From: Candidatus Hydrogenedentota bacterium
Lineage (GTDB): Bacteria > Hydrogenedentota > Hydrogenedentia > Hydrogenedentales > SLHB01
DNA length: 32,433 nt
NCBI GenBank assembly: GCA_013349485.1
Contig: DUZM01000001.1
Span: 1-32,433, forward strand
Direction of reading: 5' to 3'
In this document: piece after piece, positions 26,110 through 32,433 of the stretch
Numbering within the stretch: the stretch's first letter is position 1
How the letters are laid out: every line of letters begins with the position of its first letter
Position numbers and translations under genes: made by a program
The notes under the pieces: generated by a model
Told to the model about the DNA's origin: nothing
Database searches by the model: none
The model's input: the letters and a program-made list of their open reading frames with translations, nothing else

Positions 26110-26732
26110 AACACTATGTCGCGACCATATTGATTTTGGCGATAGCGGCGGCCGGCCACGAGAGCATCAATCGGGCGCATGCGCGGGCCGCGCAAGAAAG
26201 GCCCGCGCAAAACGTGCTCGATATACCGGCCTCGATCGGGCGGTACAAGCAGGTCGGGGCCGATCAAGAAGTGGAGGAGGAGGTGCAGCGAATGCTGCAA
26301 ACCAGCACCGTACTGGTCCGCAACTATGCGGGGCCCGACGGGTGGCCGCTCCAGCTTACGATCGTGTACGCGGGGACCACGCGGCGAAGTCTGCATTTCC
26401 CGCAGGTGTGTTTGGTCGGTCAAGGCTGGGAAATCCGCGAGCAGACTACTATGCCCGTAGGCTTTTCCTTTCGGGCTCAGCGCCTCGTTGTGGTCAAGGG
26501 CGCCCAACGCCAGGCGGTGCTGTATTGGTTCAAGACGGGCGAGCGCTTGACGGGAGACTATTTCGTGAACTCGTGGCATTGGGCGCGCAATCAACTGTTT
26601 TCAGGCGCGGCGACGTCGGCCTTGGTCAGACTGTCCGCGCCAATTGGCAATAGGGATGAGAGCGCAGTGTTTTCTTTGCTCGAAGATTTTGCGGCGAAGT
26701 TCACGCCGATACTGATGGAACGCGTCGATTAG
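26106..26732 (+). CDS. epsI: Exosortase-associated EpsI-family protein
   Basis: N-terminal anchor MKHYVATILILAIAAAG. EpsI signature HFPQVCLVGQGWEI. ATG 26106 overlaps the exosortase TGA (ATGA). Confidence 0.8.
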   Translation: MKHYVATILILAIAAAGHESINRAHARAAQERPAQNVLDIPASIGRYKQVGADQEVEEEVQRMLQTSTVLVRNYAGPDGWPLQLTIVYAGTTRRSLHFPQVCLVGQGWEIREQTTMPVGFSFRAQRLVVVKGAQRQAVLYWFKTGERLTGDYFVNSWHWARNQLFSGAATSALVRLSAPIGNRDESAVFSLLEDFAAKFTPILMERVD

Positions 26733-26882
26733 GCGCCGGGAGCCCCGGCCAGCAGGGTCGCGGGTTGTGCTTGCTTAGACGACATGCGGTTTCGCCCGCG
26801 GCCTAGGGGCGCGGCAAGTCGGATGTCATTAGGGGTTTCAGCGATGGGGTCCGTCGGGCGCGCGCAAACGAAAGGGGAGGCC

Positions 26883-29741
26883 ATGAATCGGTTCAAGATA
26901 GCCACGGTGGTGCTGGCAGCGTTTTGTGTGGCGCTGGCAGGGGGCTGCAGTGCGCGGAAGAGCGATCAGTATCGCCGCGAAGGAGACACGCTCTTTCACC
27001 TCGGGAAACTTGACGAAGCGCAGGGCGCATACCTGCGGGCGGCAGAGGTCAATCCCGAAAACGTACGGGCGAAAGTGGGTTTGGGCCGCTGTTACGCCGC
27101 CGAGAATCGGCTTGATGAGGCGCTCGATCAGTTTCGGGCGGCCGTGGCATTGGATTCGACGGTCGAGGCGGCGTACGTGGAGGGGGTGCGACTGCTGATC
27201 GGGCGGGAAGATTTTGACGAAGCCCTTGCCATGAGCAGGAAATACGCGGCCGTCGACGCCGAGCGTGGCGGCATCCTTCACGCATACGTTCTCCGGGAAT
27301 CCGGTGATATTGACGCTGCAATCGAGCGGCTGGGCGCCCTGCGCGAGGCGTTTCCAAGTTCCGTGGCCGTACGCACCGACTTGGCTGCGGCATATCGGGC
27401 GGCCAACCGTTTGAATGAGGCGGAAAGCGAGTTGAAGTCTATTCTGGCCGAGTTGGACACCGAGTCGGTCGAGGCCCGGATAGCGTTGGTCGACGTGTAC
27501 AAAGCGCAAGGCCGCGGGGACGAGATCGTGAGGGAGTTCGAGCGGCTTGTGGCCGAACGCCCCAAGGATCTCGGGATGAAGTTGGGGCTTGCCGTAAGTC
27601 TCCTGGCCGTGGGGCGTCCGGAGAAGGCCGAAGAGCTTGCGCGGGCGGTTTATGCCCAGCAACCGGAGGCGGCGTGGGCGAACCATGTACTCGGTTCGTG
27701 TTTGCTGGCGCGCCGGCAATTTGCCGACGCGGTGCCGTATCTCGAGAAAGCCGCCAAGGCAATGCCGCACCAGGCCGACGTGTTGCGAAAACTGGCGATT
27801 GCGCGTTCCGGCGGGAAGACGCCTCGGGAACGCGCACCGGGCCGCCGCACCATCTTGGAGTCGGCCGAGGACTTTCCTGAACGGACGGCGGCGCGCCCGG
27901 ACTGGCGGACCCTCTGGAAACAGGGCGCGCTCGGGGCCATGCTCGGCAACCGGGGCCGGTTTTTGGCCGAGGATGACCCGAGCGCGGTTGAGGCGCTCCT
28001 GGTTGCGGCCTTGTTGACGGATCAGGGCGTCGTCGTCGAGGAACTTCTGCGGGAACTCCCTGCCGACTCGCCGCTCGAAGGCTACTATCGGGTGCTTGAA
28101 GGCCGCCAGGCAAAGCCTTTTATTGAGTATATGAACGAATGGGTCGAGACGGAAGAGGAACGCAAGGTACTTCGGGAGAACGCGCGCGCGTTTGGGCTGG
28201 CGTCTATGGGCGGCCGCGCCCACGCCGTCGATATTCTGTCGGGTTGTCTTAAGGAGGCCCCCGAATACGGCGTGACGTTGTACAGTTTGGCGCAGGTGTT
28301 TCGGGCGGCGCGGATGCCGCTTGCGGCGGCCCGGTGCCTTGACATGCTTATTTCCCAGGCCGTGGACAACATGGAAGCGCACACCGCTGCCTACCGCGTG
28401 CTCCGGGAAGCAAGGTTGTTTAATGAGGCCCAAATGGCTGCCGAGAAAACCTACAGCATGTTTCCCGCGTCGCAGGAGGCCATACTCAACCTGTCTCAAG
28501 CCTACCTTGACAATGACTTGTTCGACTTGGCGGCGACAGTGCTTGAACGAGGGCTCAAGAATCAGCCCGACGCACCCGCGCTGCAGATCGCATTGGCGCG
28601 CGTGCTGCTTCACGCGGACAAGCCGGACAAGGCGCTCGAGCTGCTTGGCCAGGCGGCGCCCACAGGGGAACTGGCGGATCTGGCGGCCGCTACAACGGCG
28701 TTTGCGGCGGCGGGGCTTGGGAATTGGGGCGTCGTGATCGGCCACATCGAGCGCATCAAAGAGGACACCATGGCCCCGCCAATGCTACTGTTGCTGGCGG
28801 CGGCTTATACGCACGAGGGCCGCACGGAAGATGCGCGCGCAGTCATGACAACCGGCGCCGAGCGCCGCCCCCTGAGGGGCGAGATGGGCGCCGCGATCAT
28901 CGCGGCCCTCGAAGGCGGCCAAGAAAGCGTCGGCGCCGCCGGCCTTGTCGAAAACCTCGCGGAGAACCGGGCAACCTTGGCTCAGTACATGCACGCGCTG
29001 GCCTGCGTCGAGGCAGGGCTTCACGCACAAGCGCTGGCGGCCTTTCAGGGTATTTACGACGACGTGGGCGACGATCCGGGCGTGATCGCCATGATGCTCG
29101 GCAGCCTCGCGCACGCTGTCCCGAAGGCAACGCGCGGGGAACAGGCGAGAGAACTCGCCGAGCAGCACGCTGCCGTGCCGGAGGCCTGGCTCGGCCTCGC
29201 CAACGTGTTGAACACACTCGACGACGTCGACGGCCAGCGAGAAGCGCTGGCCAAGGCCGTCGAGACGGGGCCAATGCTGCCTCGGGCATGGCATGCGAAC
29301 GCGTTGTTCCTCGAACAGCATGACGATTTGAATGAAGCCGTGGCCGCGTACAGACGATTGGTGGAGCTGGTTCCGGACGACGTCGTGGCGAACAACAATC
29401 TTGCGTATTGCCTGTTGATGGCGGGCGGCGACCTCGAGGAGGCGCGCCGTCGAGCGGAGATTGCCGTCCAAAAGTATCCGACAAATCCCAACTTCTTGCA
29501 CACACTTGGCGTGGTGCAACTGAGAGAGGGCGACCTCGAGGAAAGCCGTAGAAATCTGCAAGCCGCCGTCGGACTGCGCCCGGGCGATCCGACAATGTTG
29601 CTGGACTTCGGACAGTCGCTCATCGCCTTAGGTCAAGAGGAAGAAGGCAAGGGCCATGTCCGACTGGGGCTGCGGTACGCAGATCAATTCGGGCTGCCGT
29701 TCGCGCGACGTGCAGAAGCTGAGGAGACACTTGAACGTTAG
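26883..29741 (+). CDS. Giant TPR-repeat probable lipoprotein (PrsT-like, 952 aa)
   Basis: MNRFKIATVVLAAFCVALAGGCSARK is a signal/lipobox-like segment. TPR repeats run throughout (e.g. AQGAYLRAAEVNPENVRAKVGLGRCY). SD AAAGGGGAGG lies before ATG 26883. The 635-aa antisense ORF is rejected. Confidence 0.8.
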   Translation: MNRFKIATVVLAAFCVALAGGCSARKSDQYRREGDTLFHLGKLDEAQGAYLRAAEVNPENVRAKVGLGRCYAAENRLDEALDQFRAAVALDSTVEAAYVEGVRLLIGREDFDEALAMSRKYAAVDAERGGILHAYVLRESGDIDAAIERLGALREAFPSSVAVRTDLAAAYRAANRLNEAESELKSILAELDTESVEARIALVDVYKAQGRGDEIVREFERLVAERPKDLGMKLGLAVSLLAVGRPEKAEELARAVYAQQPEAAWANHVLGSCLLARRQFADAVPYLEKAAKAMPHQADVLRKLAIARSGGKTPRERAPGRRTILESAEDFPERTAARPDWRTLWKQGALGAMLGNRGRFLAEDDPSAVEALLVAALLTDQGVVVEELLRELPADSPLEGYYRVLEGRQAKPFIEYMNEWVETEEERKVLRENARAFGLASMGGRAHAVDILSGCLKEAPEYGVTLYSLAQVFRAARMPLAAARCLDMLISQAVDNMEAHTAAYRVLREARLFNEAQMAAEKTYSMFPASQEAILNLSQAYLDNDLFDLAATVLERGLKNQPDAPALQIALARVLLHADKPDKALELLGQAAPTGELADLAAATTAFAAAGLGNWGVVIGHIERIKEDTMAPPMLLLLAAAYTHEGRTEDARAVMTTGAERRPLRGEMGAAIIAALEGGQESVGAAGLVENLAENRATLAQYMHALACVEAGLHAQALAAFQGIYDDVGDDPGVIAMMLGSLAHAVPKATRGEQARELAEQHAAVPEAWLGLANVLNTLDDVDGQREALAKAVETGPMLPRAWHANALFLEQHDDLNEAVAAYRRLVELVPDDVVANNNLAYCLLMAGGDLEEARRRAEIAVQKYPTNPNFLHTLGVVQLREGDLEESRRNLQAAVGLRPGDPTMLLDFGQSLIALGQEEEGKGHVRLGLRYADQFGLPFARRAEAEETLER

Positions 29742-29859
29742 CCGGCGGAGACAGACGTGAACGCGGCGGCGCGTGTCCGATGAAGCGACCGTGGGACATG
29801 GGTCGAGGTTGCATGGCTGTTTTCACGGTGGTAATAGAGACCTCCCGGAGAAGAAGGAC

Positions 29860-30558
29860 ATGCAGGTTTTGCTGAGGCGCCTGACGGGCTGGGCGTATTC
29901 CGGGGATACGATGGTGGCGCGATGGCGCCGCGAACGCATGGAAGCGTTTGTGCGGCTCGTGAACCCGCCGCCGGGGTGCCGCGTCGTCGATTTGGGCGGT
30001 ACGGAAAGCCTGTGGTCTCTTTTCGATCATGATTTTCGCGTTACCTTGGTGAATCTGCCGAATGCGGAGCGGCCGTCCGGGGAACTGGCCGGGCTTACGC
30101 TTGTTGAGGGTGATGCGTGCGATCTGGGCGGCGTCTTTTCAGACAACTCGTTCGACGTGGTCTTCAGCAACTCGGTGATCGAGCATGTGGGCGGCGCGGA
30201 ACGACAGGCCCAATTCAGCGGCGAGGTGCGTCGGCTGGCGCCGGCGTATTGGGTGCAGACGCCGAGCGCGCGGTTTCCCATCGAGCCTCATACGGGGGTG
30301 CCCCTTTACTGGCAATTACCGGGGGCCGTCCGGGCCAGACTGCACCGCGGCTGGGAAGGGAAGCTGCCGAACTGGGCCGAGATGGCGGCGAAGACGAGGG
30401 TTCTATCAAGAAGACGTATTAAGGAGCTTTTCCCAGATGGGCAGTTATATGTCGAGCGGCGGTTTTTGCTCGAGAAATCGTACGCCGCGTATCGGCCGTG
30501 GCCTGCGAGGGAGGCCGGGAACGGAACGGCACAGACACGAAAGGATAGCGCGTCTTGA
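29860..30558 (+). CDS. Class I SAM-dependent methyltransferase
   Basis: Motif I-like RVVDLGGTES, VEGDACDL, and FDVVFSNSVIEHV (Methyltransf_11-like). ATG 29860 is preceded by GGAGAAGAAGG. Confidence 0.7.
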   Translation: MQVLLRRLTGWAYSGDTMVARWRRERMEAFVRLVNPPPGCRVVDLGGTESLWSLFDHDFRVTLVNLPNAERPSGELAGLTLVEGDACDLGGVFSDNSFDVVFSNSVIEHVGGAERQAQFSGEVRRLAPAYWVQTPSARFPIEPHTGVPLYWQLPGAVRARLHRGWEGKLPNWAEMAAKTRVLSRRRIKELFPDGQLYVERRFLLEKSYAAYRPWPAREAGNGTAQTRKDSAS

Positions 30559-31754
30559 TCGAGTTTGACTGTCAGCATTGCGGCAACCATTTCATCGTGG
30601 ACGACAAGTTCGCCGGGCATGACGGGTGGTGCCGGGTATGCCTGCAATTCATCATTGTTCCGTCATCGGACGGGGCGGGACCTCGACTCGAAGACCTGTC
30701 GCTCGACGAGAAATGCTTCAGGATGGAACGGCTGCTTCGCTACGCGGCTAAAAAGGCGCAAGCGTACAAATTGCTTTTGTTGCGCTATGCTGATGAAAAC
30801 GGTCAACTCATTTCGATCCGCAAGGCCCGAGCGCTTCTTCATGAAAATGACGCATCCAACGCCGCTCGCGACGGCGCATCGAGCACCAACGGCGCCGAGC
30901 GCGCAACGCCGCGGAGTTATCTGAGGACCGCGGTCGATCGCCTGGCCGAAAGGGTGGCGACGCTGGCACAGGCACGCGACAGAATTGAGGCGGAGAGGAA
31001 TCGGTTGGAGCGAGACATCGAAGCGGCGCGAATGGAGGCGCGCGCGGAACGAAGTGCGCGCGAAGGCATCGAGCAGATGTTGGGCGAGGCCCATCAGGAA
31101 GTCCAAAAAACGAAGGACGAGCTGGATGGGCTGCTGCGGGCGCCTGCTGCAGAGTTCGAAGCACTCCGAGCCGAACTGGACAAGGCGCTGACCCGGCTGG
31201 AGGAGTCGCGGGTTTTCGCAGACAGTCTTCGCAAGGGCCTGGCCGCGGCAAAGGAGCGCACGGACACCGCGAACGAGGAGACGGCGCGGTTGATTGAAGA
31301 ACTGGATTCGGCAAGAAGGGAACGAGACGCGCTTATGCACCAGCTCGAGGAGGCGCGTGTTGCGCGCCGTGAAGCTGAAACGGCACAGGACGGCGTCGCC
31401 CAATCCGTTGCGACACTCGAACGCGTACAAGCGGATCTGGATGCGGAGCGCGCCGCGCTGGCCGAGGCGAGGTCGGAACTGGAACGGTCGCAGGCACTGG
31501 TGGCAGAATTGCAGGCGGCACTTTCAGCAATCGCCGAGGAAGGCCAGACGGCGTTACGATCGGGCGACGACCCGCGCGATCGGGCGTCGATCGAGGAAGA
31601 GGATGTTGCGTTGCCGATAGATGGCACCGACGAGGAATACGCCGCCTTCACGGTCGTGCCTGAACTACCGGCCGACAAAGCGTCGGCCGACGAAGTGTCG
31701 GCTGACGGCGACGCCATGGCGGAAACGTACCTGCGTTTCCTGAGTCCTGAGTAA
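30555..31754 (+). CDS. Zinc-ribbon plus long coiled-coil protein with acidic C-terminus, function unknown
   Basis: N-terminus FDCQHCGNHFIVDDKFAGHDGWCRVCLQFIIVP (CxxC..CxxC). About 250 aa of heptad-like E/R/A/L-rich sequence follows. The TTG start overlaps the methyltransferase TGA (TTGA), and no nearby ATG exists. Confidence 0.6.
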   Translation: MIEFDCQHCGNHFIVDDKFAGHDGWCRVCLQFIIVPSSDGAGPRLEDLSLDEKCFRMERLLRYAAKKAQAYKLLLLRYADENGQLISIRKARALLHENDASNAARDGASSTNGAERATPRSYLRTAVDRLAERVATLAQARDRIEAERNRLERDIEAARMEARAERSAREGIEQMLGEAHQEVQKTKDELDGLLRAPAAEFEALRAELDKALTRLEESRVFADSLRKGLAAAKERTDTANEETARLIEELDSARRERDALMHQLEEARVARREAETAQDGVAQSVATLERVQADLDAERAALAEARSELERSQALVAELQAALSAIAEEGQTALRSGDDPRDRASIEEEDVALPIDGTDEEYAAFTVVPELPADKASADEVSADGDAMAETYLRFLSPE

Positions 31755-31807
31755 AGTCCGCCGACAGAGGCGGCAGGAAACGGTGCGCGGTACAGAAGAG
31801 GACGGAG

Positions 31808-32433
31808 ATGCGGAAATTCATTATCGCGTGTGAATGCGGTCAGCGAATGCAGGTTCCGCGCTCAGCGATCGGAAAGATGGGCATGTGTCCCACTTGCGGC
31901 CGAAGCATTCGGATTGCCGCGGGCGGCGCACGACCGGATTCTGGTGGGCAACCAAGCACCTTCTTTGGCGATAAACGGACTTGGTGGCGCGGTCGTTCGG
32001 CCCCTTCGGACGACGCCAAACAGCGGTTCGGCGAAGCCGTGGATTTGTATTACGCACAACGTTATGCGGAAGCCTTGGCCGTGTTTGATTCGCTGGCAAA
32101 GCAATACCCCGGTAACGCGGATATTGAGCGCGGCCGCGCGCAATGCATCAAAGTGATGGGACGTGCAGCACTGCCCGCGGCCAAGACTGACCCCCGTCAG
32201 CTCTTACCGGACGCAACGGAACTCAGCCGGGATGTTGTGAAGCGGGTGATTTTGGATAAAATGCTCAATGGTTCTTCGGACGCGATTCAATTGCAGGCGG
32301 CAGAGCTTGCGGCGCGATTGTTGGGCATGTTGGACGGGACGGGAGCCGGCGAACCGGCTGCGCATGAAGAGAAGGAGGCCGCATCCGAGGGCGCGGGCGC
32401 GCCCGACGGCGAACCGGCACGCAAAGAGGAGGA
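31808..32433 (+). CDS. Zinc-ribbon plus TPR-like protein, 3'-truncated by the window end (not in the ORF track)
   Basis: My own translation from ATG 31808 gives MRKFIIACECGQRMQVPRSAIGKMGMCPTCGRSIRIA..AKQRFGEAVDLYYAQRYAEALAVFDSLAKQYPGNADIERG.. The frame has no stop to nt 32433. SD GGACGGAG lies upstream. Confidence 0.6.
   Translation, partial: MRKFIIACECGQRMQVPRSAIGKMGMCPTCGRSIRIAAGGARPDSGGQPSTFFGDKRTWWRGRSAPSDDAKQRFGEAVDLYYAQRYAEALAVFDSLAKQYPGNADIERGRAQCIKVMGRAALPAAKTDPRQLLPDATELSRDVVKRVILDKMLNGSSDAIQLQAAELAARLLGMLDGTGAGEPAAHEEKEAASEGAGAPDGEPARKEE

Noticed and set aside
26838-28745. 635-aa minus-strand ORF opposite the TPR lipoprotein gene
   Set aside because: It has Arg-rich junk composition (e.g. 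PRRRKRRCSGRQIRQ). The plus-strand frame has a signal peptide, an SD and TPR periodicity.
29799-29814. Sigma54-like element TGGGTCGAGGTTGCAT upstream of the methyltransferase
   Set aside because: The GG-to-GC spacing is 9 nt, not the required 10, and the -24 half is poor.
1-32433. CRISPR arrays, IS elements, integrases or phage genes
   Set aside because: No spaced direct repeats, no transposase, integrase or recombinase-like translations, and no terminal inverted repeats were seen.

Overview
This is a high-GC, gene-dense bacterial chromosomal window. I saw no rRNA, tRNA, CRISPR array or transposase. All domain calls are by-eye motif recognition on the supplied translations, with no searches run.

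Left half (1 to about 15.8 kb), a mix of housekeeping and accessory genes:
- a LamG/FN3 protein, probably 5'-truncated by the window edge
- a secreted rhodanese carrying an exosortase-style C-terminal tail
- a GH78-like glycosidase
- the class III anaerobic ribonucleotide reductase pair nrdD-nrdG, behind a perfect consensus sigma70 promoter overlapped by tandem NrdR boxes
- an SCP2 protein
- a lipoprotein alpha/beta hydrolase translationally coupled to an EamA transporter
- an MNT-HEPN toxin-antitoxin pair
- an ECF sigma factor that appears truncated at the start of region 4
- the NAD salvage pair pncA-pncB

Two long intergenic regions (8134-8711 and 13025-13775) are unexplained. The second holds a strong orphan intrinsic terminator on the minus strand.

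Right half (16.1 kb to the window end) is one co-directional plus-strand array headed by a sigma54 (-24/-12) promoter. In order it encodes:
- a receiver-less sigma54 activator
- a Wza-like export lipoprotein
- a Wzz/BY-kinase fusion
- a GT26 glycosyltransferase
- a 1079-aa membrane-anchored TPR protein
- an exosortase
- an EpsI-family protein
- a 952-aa TPR lipoprotein
- a SAM methyltransferase
- two proteins sharing an N-terminal zinc-ribbon module

This is an exosortase/PEP-CTERM-type exopolysaccharide locus with atypical regulator and scaffold content, and it is the most interesting system in the window. Many ORF-track starts are over-extended. Seven gene pairs are joined by 4-nt start/stop overlaps (ATGA, GTGA or TTGA).
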